Positions 13,557 through 27,981 of a DNA stretch of 64,000 bases are shown here, one piece after another. Source of the stretch: Octopus sinensis (taxonomy: Eukaryota); the NCBI RefSeq assembly GCF_006345805.1, contig NC_042997.1, forward strand, positions 6,262,001 to 6,326,000, read 5' to 3'. Positions within the stretch are counted from its first letter, which is position 1, and each line of letters starts with the position of its first letter. The position numbers and the translations under genes were made by a program. The notes beneath the pieces are model-generated. The model was not told the DNA's origin, did not search any database, and saw only the letters and a program-made list of their open reading frames with translations.

Positions 13557-14464
13557 CATTTCTCTCATTCTCAATTTTATGACCACGAGTACGGACGTAA
13601 TGAAACCCATTAAACCAATGCCCAGCAGCCCGTCACATTCGTGTCCCACTCTCTTATGCTACTCACAGTGGGCTCCAATATTGTGTTATTGGTGGTTCTC
13701 TCAAAATTAACACTTGATTGCATGAGGCAGAAGACTATCACTCAAATATTCCGCTTAGGATTCTCATTTGTCTTGGTTCTGTTGCTCAAGAAACCTTCGC
13801 TTGCTAATATATAATCTTTCTCTTATCCCAATATAGAAGTGTTCTCTGTCGCTCTCTTCCTTTCTCTGTCATTCTCTTCCTTTCTCTTTATTACTATATT
13901 ACATGAAATAAAGTAAACATGCAAACACGCACAGAGATAAAATATAGGTTCTCCTGTTCAGATGTTACCATAACCTTAATTTTGATGCAATATATGTCTC
14001 AGAGCAATTTCATACAACACACTCAGTCTTGATTTCGGAACCAATTGTATGTATTTTATTACTGAGTCTGGAGCCCGCAAATGGAAAGGAACGGATTTAA
14101 TTATTTTACAGTGTTCTTAATGGATATACTGCTGGTTTTGATATTCTTTCATAGATTATTAGATCGTGACATATACAGATTGAATACTCAGTGCGACACA
14201 CTCCCTAACGATGTATTCCCACATATAGTCTAACGCATGTATTCTCACATATTTTCACTCTCTAACAACTTGCATACATATGCCACTCATATTTATTCCA
14301 GTAAACCAGCTCTAATTCTTAAAAACACCCACATTGGAGCGTCTCCTCCAATATTCAGAAACCTATAATCTCCACAAAGATATGATAAACATTACTTCAC
14401 TCCACCTTCCATTAAATAGAACAGCACTAACATATATGTCCAGAATTTCCTCAAAAGATTTTAA

Positions 14465-14790
14465 AAAAAGACTCCGCCGGTTACGACGACGAGGGCCCCA
14501 GCTGATACGATCAACGGAACAGCTTGCTCGTGAAATTAACGTGCAAATGGCTGAGCATTCCACAGACACGTGTACCCTTAACGTAGTTCTCGGGGATAAT
14601 CAACGTGACACAGAGAGCGACAAGGCTGACCCTTTGAAATACAAGTACTACTCATTTTTGCCAGCTGAGTGGACTGGAGCAACGTGAAATAAAGTGTCTT
14701 GCCCAAGGACACAACGCGTCGCCGGGAATCGAACTCACAACCTTACGATCATGAGACGAATGCCCTAACCACTAAGCCACGCGCCCTCAC
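14465..14790 (-). mobile_element. tRNA-derived SINE
   Basis: The minus strand begins GAGGGCGCGTGGCTTAGTGGTTAGGGC (A box) ... GAGTTCGATTCCCGGC (B box), followed by the conserved central domain GTGTCCTTGGGCAAGACACTTTATTTCACGTTGCTCCAGTCCACTCAGCTGG. Confidence 0.9.
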
Positions 14791-14810
14791 CATCAAAAGA
14801 TTATTGACAT

Positions 14811-14975
14811 AGGCGCTGCCATGCCTACGCGGTAAGAAAGTTTCTTCCCAATCAATGGAGTTCGAGTTCAGTGTCACTGCATGGTAACTTGGACAAGTGT
14901 CTTCTAATGTATCATCGGGTCGACGAAAGCCTTGAGAGTGGATATGGTAGAATCATACTGAAAGAAGCCTGTCGA
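14811..14975 (+). mobile_element. Diverged SINE (CORE-like central domain), 5' part
   Basis: Has a decayed tRNA head and GAGTTCAGTGTCACTGCATGGTAACTTGGACAAGTGTCTTCT...GAAAGAAGCCTGTCG. Same family as the 28.2-28.85 kb copies. Confidence 0.7.
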
Positions 14976-15062
14976 ATATATATATATGTATATTGGTGTG
15001 CATGTGTTTGTGTGTGTCCATCATATACATACTTACACATACACACACACACACACACACAC

Positions 15063-15144
<82 letters not shown>

Positions 15145-15171
15145 GTATGTATATATGCTACACACCATTAT

Positions 15172-16142
15172 CGTCTGTAATCTGCGTTTTCCACACGACA
15201 TTGCTTCCACTAGTTGCGACCTCCTTAGAGGAAGTTAAGGAACTTCTAGACCGGCTTTCTGCTGCATGTAAACCATTCATTCGATACACAGCATACAGAA
15301 GACGAATATGATCCACCAAACATACCCTAACCGTAAGCAAATTCGCGGCGTTGATCATAGGCCGCCGGTTCACAATATCCCTGACACTCATTTTCAGTTT
15401 GACAGGAAAACCCTAAAATATGTGGTGTCCTTTGCAGATCTTGTTAATAAAGCTTTTCCCTTAATGGTGAACTCGTCAACCGTCTTGGAAAATCATCCAA
15501 CGCATTTGGCGAACTCCATCATCGCCTATGGAATATAAAGCACATTAAACTTAACACTAAAATACAGTTCTATAAAGATATCAATCTCACTAAACTGTTG
15601 TATGGCTTGATTTGTGGACATCCTATAAGTGACACATTATCCAATTATATGTCTAGTACAATGTGTGTCGCAAGACCATGTGCGGCTATTCATTAAAATA
15701 CAATGTTTTTTGTCGACCTGTTTAACAAGTGTAAGATTAGTGGAATCAAGCTCTTCTTCAAGCATTCGCAATTGTGATAGTTGGCCATATCATCAGAACG
15801 AGTGACACAACAATACCCGAAAGTTCTCGCGTACAACCAGCTTGATATTGAGCAAAGAAATGTTGTTCGACCATGGCTCAGATTTAAGGACAAACTGAAG
15901 AATATACTCTCATCAGTCAGTGTAACATTTGACGGCACTTTTGATCAAACATTGGAGCGAACAAATTGGTGATAGCTATGTCAAAATGATATGAGATTTT
16001 GTTTCATCTAGCATTAACAGGCATAGATATTCAAGGCAAAGGCAAAGAAAAGCAGCTGCATCCACCGACTCGTGCTTGCAACATCTGCGGGCTTCTCTGC
16101 AAATCGTCGGCAGGGCTCAACTGTCATATTTGACATAAGCAT
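15172..16142 (+). mobile_element. Decayed 3' part of an RTE/BovB-type LINE
   Basis: Contains LRFPHDIA (FADD-like) and LVATSLEEVKELLDRLSAACK, and ends with the C-terminal zinc finger CNICGLLCKSSAGLNCHI*HKH typical of RTE ORFs. Confidence 0.8.
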
Positions 16143-16199
16143 TATAATTATCAAAGAAAGTGTAGGTTGACGGATCCACAATATAACATATTACAATAT

Positions 16200-16560
16200 A
16201 AGTAAGACTCAGTTAAATTAGGTACTTAAATTGAGGCATCTCGTTAGGTCGTAATAATATACACACACGACAATATTATATAAATATCAAACTTGGTACA
16301 TAATTACAGACCGAAATATATTCTTGCAATATATGTAGAAAATTATTCCAAGATGATTGAAGAAATCTGCTCTTGGGTTATTCAGACATGTATTATAATA
16401 AATATAGGGCCCATAATATTTACGAAGTGAATCAACTATGAGTAACAGTAGAGGTATAAGTGTCAATCCATTACAGCCGTTTCTAACGACTCCTTTATTT
16501 GATTAATGAGAGCATTACATCATTGTACAGAAACCGTTGACAGAAATTCTGTCACCTGAA
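16200..16560 (-). mobile_element. PLE terminal-repeat (pLTR)-like fragment with a hammerhead remnant
   Basis: Shares AGGTACTTAA.TTGAGGCA with the 26.8 kb repeat. The minus strand has GAAAC-GGCT-GTA, resembling a minimal hammerhead stem III. Confidence 0.4.
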
Positions 16561-16757
16561 AAAGTAGCAGTATCATGAAAATATTTTTGAGCCGTAGATT
16601 TTAAACTACGTTAGATCGTTTTGAATGTCATTTATTTTAATGTTCATGAATTCATCTCACGAACACGATTTCTTTACAATGATGTAATGCTTTTATTAAT
16701 CAAATAAAGGAGTATTTTGACACTGCGGTAATGGTTTGACACCTGTATCTGTTAATC

Positions 16758-16817
<60 letters not shown>

Positions 16818-17299
16818 ATATATATATATACATGCATATATAAATATATATATACACATACACATATAAATATATATATACACATACACATATTTATGTA
16901 TGTGTGCGTATGCGTGCGTGTGTGTGCGCATATGTCCACTTCACTTGATGAAAATTGACTTCAGTCAACGTCACAACAATGGACATGGACAACATGTGGC
17001 GTAAAGAGATTTTGATTGGAAAATAATATTACGCTCATAATAGTCAGTACGGCCATCCAACAAACTATTAGTATCATACTTGCCTTAACAACAAAACGAA
17101 GTACTTTTTGATAGAGCACTCACTAACTTATTTTATCACACTTACATGCACACACGCAAACACACACACGCAGCTAATAACCACTTCTCTTTTCTACTCT
17201 TTCTAATGATATTTCTTTGCTAAACCCTATAGACGTCACTAATCTCCCTTTTAAGGGCCACTTACAACTTGTTGTTGACGACTCCTACCCTGTCAACTT

Positions 17300-19980
17300 A
17301 TGCTTAACTAAATTGCTGATTCGGTCCATGTAAGCCACACGTGCCGAAAACGACATTTTCAGCTTCCAGTACTCAGGTGCTAACATACGCGTCTTATCTG
17401 GATCGACCGTACATATTACAAACTTATGGTCTGAATAGACGACCGTTTTAAAAAGTGGACATCCTACACTATTAATCTCTATTTTCCCTGTGAAAATCCT
17501 ATCTACATACGATCTTGATTACCCTAAGCGCTTGCTCCAGGTCAACACTGGCGCATTAGGGAAATCTCGTGGTTAACTGTCAGACAGTTGGAACTATTTG
17601 ATCAGGTGATGTAAGCTTTTGCACATTCCTCTTCTATCAGCTACTCTCACACTATCTCAACGCTGATTTAAGATTCCTTTCCGGTCTCTTAGTAACAGTA
17701 GATTGTGAGACGTACTTAGAAGAGCTTCCAGACGCCTAAAGTTATCCGGCCGTTTAGTTTGGGTTGGGGCGTAGATGGTCACCAGTGTAAAGACGCTACC
17801 TTCACTATTGCTCACGTGCAGGATAATCAACTCCCCTTCCAGGTCCCAGAAGTTCGACTTTACTTCGAGATCCAGTTTTTTTCCTAAACAGCACTGCCAT
17901 TCCACCACCCATTCTCGGCCGTCTAACTGATGCAAAGATCTAATAGTCTTCGAAGAAGGGAGCCAGTGCGCTTGTATTGGAAATCCTGGTCTCACTGACA
18001 GAAATTATATCCAGTTCTAGAAGCCTGAGGTTGTTGAGCAGGCGCCATTGCTTGCAAATCGACCCCAGCCCTCGAACATTAAAAATCCTACGCCTAGTAT
18101 GGCTATATTGGCAAGCTAAAGAGAGAAGCGTAAGGTTTACTTAATTCCCGGTCTCTTGTAAAGGTCGGGTGGTTCGACTACCATAACTGGTGGAACTTGT
18201 TTAAGAGCTATTTTTGGAACCCCTTTGAGCCTTGATGTGGGTCTCACTTTCGGGATTCTTACGTCCTCCGGAAATATCTCTAGAATTTTTGTGTAGGAAA
18301 CGAGCAACATTCGCACCAGAAGTAAATCTTTCGGTACGGGGAATGTGATCAATTTGAATATCACACCCACACCTGTTTCAAATTCCGTGTTTTGTGCTAC
18401 GAGAGCCATCAGTTACTCGTTGTCCCTTCTGATGAGTACGAAGTTAGGTATTTTATGTTGGTTTTGCTTAATTTGTTTGCTTGACTGTAGTGGCGATGGT
18501 CTTGTTGTGTCTGTGAGGGCTATGAGTGTGGTGTCTGCAATGTTAAAGTTTGTGTGAGTGTCTGTTCTTGTTTAGGCTGTTTGCATTTGAGAGATTCTGG
18601 TGATAGTGATGATGTTCGTGTTGGTGTTGGTGTTTTTGGCGAGTTGTTCGCCTGGTTGGTGTTTGTATTTTTTATTGTGGGTGCTGCTATGCTTTGTGGA
18701 GTTTTTCTTTTGTGCTTTTTTTATTGTTTTAGAACGTTTGGTTCCCCTTCGGATTCACTACTGAAAGATCAAGGGTCTATTGCAGTAACTGTGTCTGTGT
18801 CTGGGTGTATGTTTATAATCTTGTTTATGTGTGTATTTTTGTTGGTTTGAGGTGGGTGGGGAGAGCTTTCCATGTTTAGCCTAGGGTGGCTAATGTCTTT
18901 GGTACTATTGTTCATGATTCTCATCTAGGCGGAGGCATCAGTGGAGGCCCTTAACCCCTTGCACTTTGTACCAGTTGTGGGCAGCGAGCTCGCAAATGAT
19001 TCCTTTCTCCACACGCGAAGTAATGACTCTTTTTGACCAAGTTATATGTATGATCATCCAGTTTTTGAGACAAATGAGGTCCGAAATTTTCTTTATGTGT
19101 TCGGGTCCGATCTGGAGAAGTATCTCCAGGCCAACCCCGGACCAGTCCTCCCTGTCAGTTGTTGTCAACCTCTATCGGGACGGTATCCCTCCCCTCCGCG
19201 ATTACGCATCCCAGAAACTACCAAATATCAAGTCCAGGTGTACATGATTGTGCCGTATTGTTTGCCCCTCGATATGTATTAGATGTCATTTCTGATTCAC
19301 CTCAGCGCCACTTCAATATCTATTTTCGTGTCTGCTGAGAAGCATCTGAAAAGCACCATTCCCATTTCCCCTGCTTCATTTGCCTCTGATGGGATTGTCA
19401 GTTTGTCCCAAGTCTTCTTTTGTTTTATTAGTTTCCATACTTGTGGTAGCAACTGCTCCCTATTTCTGAGGTCTACAGTAAAGCGTTGCTTGCTTTTCGT
19501 TGCTGCACCTGTTATTGTTATTGGTATTGTTCTCCTTGTTGTGCTGTTGTTGTTGGAGTTGGTTTTGTTGTTGTTACTTTTGCACTCGTTTTTGTTGCTC
19601 TCGTTACTGCCACTGCCGCTGCAGTTGTTGTCTGTTTCGTGGTTGTTGTTGCTATCAGCACCACTACAGCTGCGACTGCTGTTGTTGTCATTCCTACCCC
19701 TGTTATTAATTCTGCGACTGTCAGTTGAAACTTGTACCGTGATTGTCTTGGTTTTCTATTCCTCCTCTCACCCTATATTGTTACCCGTAACTGAGGGAAG
19801 ATTTCAACCATTAGCATATTGGTAGGATGGTTTGTTTTGTTTTTTCTCAACTCTTTCAAGACGCGCTCCACCACCTTGCTGAGTTGCATTTGGTTCAATT
19901 TCATTCGACGCCCACTTTCTACTGAATTAAAAGAAGAATCATAATATGGATATGGTGGTCTTAAAATATTACAGATTTGA
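17300..19980 (-). mobile_element. Decayed Tx1/L1-like LINE: 5' UTR, ORF1 and APE endonuclease; 3'-truncated
   Basis: The minus strand gives an NVRG-like endonuclease start (~18080), EGELIILHVSNSEGSVFTLVTIYAP, VYSDHKF (~17430) and YWKL (~17365). The ORF1 region has a degenerate zinc knuckle near 18950 and Thr/Asn/Gln-rich low complexity. Confidence 0.8.
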
Positions 19981-20436
19981 AATAGAATACGGGTTTCTCA
20001 CAAGGGGAATATCATTGAAAATATTTGTTTTAAATGTTGATACAAATCTAACAAACACAATCACACCAAATAAATTGGATATTCAGTATTGGAAGTTCTG
20101 TACATTTGCACAGAAATAATCATCAAAATTTGCACTAGACACATGTAATATCATACATCGAACGACAAAAATAATATGCTTAATTAAGAAGACGAGGATC
20201 GAATTAAGGCAGACGTCTGTATAGAAATGGTTATCTCAGTTCAATATATAATTCACACTGAATAGATTATCATACACGGCAGGTATCATAGAATACAGCA
20301 ACTCGACGTCACAAGAGATGTGAGCAATATCAATTACTTTATAATTACTAACATATGCTCAAAGCAAACACGATGGGAATCAGACAACTACAATCAATAT
20401 GTCTTCCTTATATCGTTATACATATATATATATATA

Positions 20437-20600
20437 TATAATCAAAATAAGCAACTAGGATATCCAAGGATATCTACACTACCTTGGATACCCTTATTGC
20501 TTATTTTGATTATAATCATCCCATTTTATTTATATGGATAATACCATACCAAATTCTGGTGCCTTTAAATTAAATACCATATTCATCTGAATAAATGTAG
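20437..20600. repeat. Foldback hairpin 20437-20514 at the end of a PLE-end-like repeat homologous to 26810-26930
   Basis: TATAATCAAAATAAGCAACTAGGATATCCAAGG pairs with CCTTGGATACCCTTATTGCTTATTTTGATTATA. The reverse complement of 20480-20590 matches GGCACCAGAATTT...GGTATTATCCATA...AATCAAAATAAGCAAC at 26.85-26.92 kb. Confidence 0.8.
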
Positions 20601-20608
20601 GGAATGGT

Positions 20609-20671
<63 letters not shown>

Positions 20672-21221
20672 ATATTATATATATATACATACATGTATAT
20701 GAATGTAGGCAACGGTGTAGATAAAATGCAGGTTAAAATCGAATCTGTTAGTCGAGTCAGCGGGGGATCCCTTGGCAATGTTAATATCTTTTGATTAAGG
20801 TATTTTTAGCCCAATGAGCAGCTAGGAGATTACCCCTCGTTCAGACAATTATTACTTCCGATGTTCTACTAGCTATGAAACATATTTCACCTGATTTTTA
20901 TCTATTCCATTCTCAATTTTGGATTCCTATTCGTATACACAGCAACTGCTACTTACCATAAGTTGAAAACTATTTTTTCAGCTTATCTAAATTCAATACA
21001 GGAAAAGCTGGCAAACTTCTACTGCAATAAATCTCTATTGTTCCTGAAAGTTTATATATATATAAATATATACGTATAGATATATACACACATTTTGGAA
21101 AGGTACAGAGTAGTATTTTAAAGAAGATCGCCTCACAGCCGCGATGGTCGTGTCTCGTTCGCAAGATTTTGAGAGGACTTCATTAAATGGAAACTGTGGC
21201 CATCGGATGTGTTGAGCCATG

Positions 21222-21607
21222 TATTACTTCAGAATCATTTGGATTGTATAAGATTACACCACATGCCCTATAAATGAATGTCTTATACATTCTGTATTCG
21301 AATTTCCTAGTTTGTCTCACGCGCTTCACGCTTATTCTTCTTTTAAGATCACATTAAATGTCCAAGTCTATCGAGAACTGTGAGCCATTTCAAACGATAA
21401 TTCAGTGAATGGTTTTCCTGTTTATTGTACAATTTATACGTCGATATACAGAAAAATATATTAAATGCTTGCCGATACGCAAATACACTCACGGATACAT
21501 ATATGTATCCATATAGGCATCCATATGTATTCTCAAAGAATATATAATAAATCATTTATAGGGCGTGTGGTGTAATCTTATTGAATCAAAGTAATTCTGA
21601 AGTAATA
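21222..21607. repeat. Inverted repeat with 56-bp arms (21222-21277 / 21552-21607); MITE-like or foldback
   Basis: TATTACTTCAGAATCATTTGGATTGTATAAGATTACACCACATGCCCTATAAATGA is nearly the reverse complement of TCATTTATAGGGCGTGTGGTGTAATCTTATTGAATCAAAGTAATTCTGAAGTAATA. Confidence 0.85.
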
Positions 21608-22819
21608 TCTTCAACGCTGCAGTGATGTTTGAGCCCTCGATGCCCCACATGATATTATTATATTGACTTCAAAGATAGAAAACCTATTTGCATGTGGCCA
21701 TGAATGTACAGAATAGGTCTAAGACGTAAAATTAATGCACATATATGACCTGAACCTTTTGGGCTTTTATAAATGCTGTTCTGCATGTTATACTTGTTAC
21801 ACGATACATGTCTCGCCCTGGAAAAACAAAAACGTGCACAATAGTCTTTTTTTAAAGTGGATTAACACTCTTTAATCATAGTAGTTTAATTTTTCCTACT
21901 TCGTTATTTACTTTAATTCAGTTTTATCCAGGATCCAAATGTGTTCCCAAAGATTATGAGTAAAATGTATACAGATTTCAGACTTTCAACGACAATTATA
22001 CAGTGAGCGATTTAAATGTTTTTTCGGAAACAATCCCTTGAGTAAAATATTGCCAAATATGAGAGTTTTTTCTCTTTTTACAAAGCAAGGCGTTGCAAGA
22101 CTTGTATTACATTTTTCTGATATAGGAATTATTACGAAGATGGTTGGGAAAGAGTTTTCACGTATATATGAGGCGTCATATTCCTGAATTAATTTTGGAG
22201 TCTGTAGAATATTCATTATATTTACAGTAAATTCAACTAGAACAAATTCGTGTCGTTTACATATATATTCCATTATGCGTGCACCTCTTAATGTACAAAT
22301 GTGAAAAAGAAAAATGAAAGGAAAGAGGAAGTAGTTACGTTAAAATATCATATTCTCCTGTTTTCTTTATTTCTTCATACTTGTATGTAGAAAGTTCATA
22401 TTTTATCTGTAAACTGTATATTGTTTATGTAATGAACGATCGCGCTCTTGTAGCAAAAGAAATTGTTTTAGACTTTGATTTTTGTTATGCTTAAAAATGA
22501 TGAGACTTACCTTCAGTCTGTTTTCCCGAAAAGAAAGTGTTACGATCGCTTATACGAAGATGTCACAGTTATTAAAATAGTATCAACGGTAATAGTAGTA
22601 GTATTACTATTATTTATTTACTTCTGCTCCAATTATTCTCGTCTCTTATTTGTAAGAGAGTATATTTTCCCATCTTTTATATAAATAATTTCTCTTAATC
22701 ATTTGTAACATATTTGCATTGTCTGGCTTCCTTTGAAACCATACCAAAATGTATAAAATTAGAATATAGTTGGCGCCAATTATATGCCGATTTGTCCATA
22801 CTTGAATCTATAGAAATGC

Positions 22820-22947
22820 GTAGACACACACACACACATTTACACACACATATATACATAAATATGTATATGCATGTATATATAAATTATATATGTGTGT
22901 GTACATATAGATGCCAACATCTATATATAATACATATGCATACATAC

Positions 22948-23011
<64 letters not shown>

Positions 23012-23154
23012 TATATACATATGCAGGTATATATATAATGTAAAGCTATATAAATATTTGTGCGTATATGTCTATATATATGTGTGCTTCTATGTATATA
23101 TATATATATACATGAGACACGCACACGCACGCATATATATGTACATATATATAC

Positions 23155-23216
<62 letters not shown>

Positions 23217-23280
23217 GTGTGTGTGTGTGTATGTGTGTGTGTGTGTGCATGTGTGTGTATTCACACACATATATGCATAA
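22820..23280. repeat. Compound TA/CA/TG microsatellite block
   Basis: Read directly. Confidence 0.9.
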
Positions 23281-24466
23281 ATATGGGTGTAAGAATTCAT
23301 ATACAAAAGCAAAAAATATTCACGAATACGCTTAAGTATTAGTGAATTGTACATGATTAGTTAGTAAAATACTTCATCTAGTGAATCAGACATTTATCTA
23401 CTCAGCTGTCATGTGCAAAATACACGGTAAAATAATTATGGAAACGTATTATCGTGGTATTTTTATATTTTACATTTGAATATCACTTTAAACACCTCAT
23501 GTAATCGAAGGTTACTCCTAATGTATAAAAAGTTTTCATTCATATAACATTAAACAATTATCTTTAAATATGGCACTCTGCCAATGAATCTATAAATTAA
23601 ACGTTAAAAGTGTTAGACGATGGATTACATAAAACACAAATATTACATATTTATGTATTAATTTTAAACATTCGTGATAAACAACCACTTATTTCATGCT
23701 ACTTTTAATTCAAAGAGATCTCAATATATAATGATTGAAGATAGCCATGGAAAGTTCTGCAATAAATGTGGATAACCTAATTCTGGTAATGTGAATAATA
23801 TGTAATCTACTATTTTTGCTTTTCACAATAAATCAAAGTTGTTCGGAACTCTGCAGAGAAATGTAGAAATGTATGCATATACGTAGATTATATGCACATA
23901 GGGAGCAAGAGAAAACAGTGAGATTGTGATACAAAAAAAAATTAAATAGGGTGAGTTAAAGCCATAAAGGAGAGAGAGAAAGCGAGGTAAGACAAAGGAA
24001 TGCGAATAAGAGAGGAGTTACAGAAGAGAAGTTGTGGAATTATTTTTTAAAATGTAAAAGAAAATCGTGTTGACCTTTGTTATTCACGCAATAATCTTTA
24101 CAAATATATAGTAGAAAAGTGTCAAATTCCAGATCATGGAAAAACAATATTTAACAACACTGCAGTTAATGAGGAAGATACGATGGCGTTATTTGAAAAG
24201 ATTCCCCAATTGGTCTACGAAGTTTTACATTATAAATATTAAGTAAAAAACGAAATATATTAAGCTCCAGAATAAAAGACAAAACGCATTCGATATTTAG
24301 TCGTACAGGAAAAGAGAGCTAAGTAACAACGGAGATTGCGGAAGAAACGAGTGACAAAAACCTTTGAGAAGCGAAACATAAAGCAATTATAAAATTTGGC
24401 CACCAAATTGTAATACATACTTCTTGAATTAAATTTGTTTTCCATTGCTACTACTACTAATAATAA

Positions 24467-24630
24467 TCATTTCTAGTAAAGGCGCAAGGCCTGCAATTCT
24501 GCAGGAGACTACTAGTCGTTTACAACGACCTCGAAATGATGAAAATATGAAGTCCATCTCGGTGGAATTCGAACTCAGAACGGCAATAGGAACGACATGC
24601 TGCTAAGCGTTTTTACCATCGTTCTACCCT
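24467..24630 (-). mobile_element. Diverged SINE (same family as 3973-4292)
   Basis: Contains CTCGGTGGAATTCGAACTCAGAACG...GCTAAGCG. Confidence 0.65.
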
Positions 24631-25621
24631 ACAAATCTAGAAGAAGAAACAGATCTCAGTCTTGTCACAAGACCTGTTGTTTTCGTTAAAAAATTTTCCC
24701 ATTATTTTGAGAAGTTGTGGAAGCTCGTAAAATACAAAAACAACCGCTATTCTATGCAGTCATAGGAGGATAGTGACACCAAGATATCATGTCGTTCAAT
24801 CGCTCAGTATTTTTTGACTATAGAGAGTCACAAGCAAGGAACATATAATATATTGGTTTGAATTGTACAGTTGCACATTATTTCATAAGAAGATTCAAAT
24901 TCAGAGTAATTATCGTATTCCTACACTTAAAATATATTAAGCATAGAAGGGCATCAAATAACAATCTCACAATGTAACTATATATTATTAAAGTGAATTA
25001 CATGCACTATTGACATATATGAATCTACTGCTTGATATAACATGAAATTCATTGTCACCAACGATTGTCCAACTGGTTTTTCTGGATACTTTAGACAATG
25101 AATTCAAATAAATACCTCCAATTGAAAGTTACATTATTTCCCAATAATTATTACTTTAGAGTTCCTTTTTAGGTGATGGATGCGGGAATTTGAAGTGTAA
25201 TCTTGGAGAAAAAAGAAAGCATATATTTTACGATACAGAACATTATGGTGGCTTGTGACAAACGGCAATAGAATATTTAGTTTCACTGTTTTTCAATTAT
25301 GAATAAATTTTGTTTCCAGAAATACATCAAAATTGAAGTTATTAGATAAAGTCTTCGAACTTCATTCGATGAAGCTTCTGCGAGGAGGCCTCTGTGGATA
25401 CATACTGTAACAATATATGTGGAAGCAAGAAAAATATATGGAAGCCGATATAAACATTCAGATATATGCACATATACATATGTGCGTGTGTGTCTGTACG
25501 TGTGCGTGCGTATATATAGAATATATATATATCTGTAATTATAGGTATATGTGTGCATCTATATATCGTACATACAAATAAAAATACAAATATGTATATG
25601 CATACACAAATCAATATGGGA

Positions 25622-25718
<97 letters not shown>

Positions 25719-26799
25719 ATAGTTTACGAAAAAAAACACAAAAGACGAAGACAGGTGGTGTACAAAACAAACAGATGTATTAGTATAACGCTCAGGAATA
25801 GAAAAAGAATTGTAAAATAGTCCGTATACTTACGGAATAAGATGACGTCATTTGGTTCAACATATGCCTTTATACTGTTAATCCTAATGACTCTGCATGA
25901 ATTACCATGTTAATAATGTCGGAAACAAATTAGGTACAGATGCTGTCGAAGCTGAAATACAAAATATATGAAGAGAAAAGATAGATTAGCGGCAAAAAAA
26001 AATCTAGCAATAATTTACTCAATAATGAAACGATAATATACACAAATACGTTTAATCTGGTTTTAATGATTGGTTTAATTATTTGCTAATTGGAAGATAA
26101 ATAGCTTAAACAATACACTGTATTTAACAAATTTTATTATAAATTGTTTACCGAATCAAATTAGCCGAATAGGTTAATCAAAATAAGACAGCATATATAC
26201 ACCGAGAAAATTAGCTGAATAACTAAGTACTTTCAAATTTTCAGTTTAAATAATCAAAGCCTTTTCTTGTCAGGGGAATATTTGCAGCTCCAGATAATTG
26301 ATTTTCAAATAGTTGCAAATAGAATGTGCCGATCATATATTCAGTCTTCGGTAAAGGAATAAAAAAAAATTAAATTAAATATTTAAGAGCAAAATACATC
26401 TTTATAGCTAGTGTTTGAGATATTTTCTCGTCGACAAATGAAGAGACAAGAATAAGCAAATGAACACAATACGATTTTACATATGCACTTTAGTTTCGGA
26501 AAATATTATTTTTGTTTTGTTTGTGCTTATTTGTACAATTTGAAAGAAAACAAATCCCTCTACTTAGGTTTCAAATCACAAATATACTGGAATCTAAATG
26601 ACTAGAGTTAAAAGAAAAGCAAGCAAAAAAGAACTATACTTAGATGTATTAAAACTATGGTACATTCCGAAACGCATTTCAAAATTATCACTTTAACATC
26701 CTCTCCTAACTAAAATACAGTATGTTCCTTTGAGAATATGTTTTCCGAATGGATATAATACACACACACATACACACAAACACACAGATATATATATAC

Positions 26800-27060
26800 A
26801 TAAGCAATAATTTGGATGCAGATGACATAGGTACTTAAGTTGAGGCACCAGAATTTAGCACGGTATTATCCATAAAATTTCAAAATAAGGGGATTAAAAT
26901 CAAAATAAGCAACAAAGATATCCAGAGTTAATGCTATACGATCGATTCTAGCAACTCCAATATAATGAAATTTGGTAAGGGAAATCTTAAATCAATACGA
27001 TAGCAGATGATTAAAGGGGCAAGCCACATTGATAATGATACAGGGGAAATTTTTTCACGG
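26800..27060 (-). mobile_element. PLE pLTR-like fragment with a hammerhead remnant
   Basis: Homologous to the 16.2 kb and 20.5 kb repeats. The minus strand has GAAT-C-GATC-G-TA-TAGC, a palindromic-loop stem III with GAAA mutated. Confidence 0.45.
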
Positions 27061-27981
27061 AGTACTATAGTTAAATATTTCAAACAATATTGCCATACTG
27101 AATGAAGTTGAAATTTAGGGTTATTCAGATGATTTTTAAGAAAGATATTATAACAAAAGGATAAAATTATATTCCTTCAAATTAGTCTTGATAGTTTTAT
27201 GATTATGCCCACTAGGATTTCTGTCGATTCCCTCAGCCCCCTTCCTCTGAAATACTGCTCTTTGTTCTTTGGCCTAAGATTTTGATATTCAAATATTTGA
27301 TAAAAAAGACGATAAATTATAACCGAACCCAAAACCAGTGACAAGCTAGATCTCTCACGAGCCTTTTTTCCTGATACCTTAGTAGTTTCTAAGCTGAAGT
27401 GAAGACAACATGTTCTTTGTCTCCCTCTTTAACTTCTTGAAGGATTTCAGTAAAAGTATACTAATGTGTCCATCTGTTTTAATTTAATTTCGTTCTATGT
27501 CTTTATACAGCAGTGTTCAATTAAATGGAGTTGCTTGAAAGGATCGTACTCCATTACCTTTGAATATCCTTGCTGCATATTTTGATATATATATATATTT
27601 ATATACATACATACTGCTAACATGTAATCCAGTGCAATATGTTGCTGCATCGTTGGGTTATCGGCGACTAAACGGGGATCCTCATCTAGCTTGCTCGGTG
27701 AGGAAGGTGATTTTGGGGTACAGTGCAGACGAAAATCATGAGCAGACAACAGCCATCCAATGATATGTGTACATGCGTATGTATGAATGTATTTATGCAT
27801 AGGAACGCGGAAATGTCTGGCTTGGTGTCCAGTCATGTGGTTCTTCTACTTGGTGTGGTAGGCCCCTATGTTAGTCACAACCACTCTCTTAGTGAAGGAA
27901 ACTCAGTGAAGATAGGCGATTCTAACAATATTCTTTGAGGTAATCTCGTTCTCTTAGAGTTTATATTGACCGTGTTCGGAG

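Noticed and set aside
14700-14790. tRNA-like sequences here and at 31300-31375
   Set aside because: They are SINE heads with A/B boxes, followed by SINE bodies, with no complete cloverleaf.
19283-19825. 180-aa Leu-rich hydrophobic ORF
   Set aside because: It is antisense to the low-complexity ORF1 region of the Tx1-like LINE.
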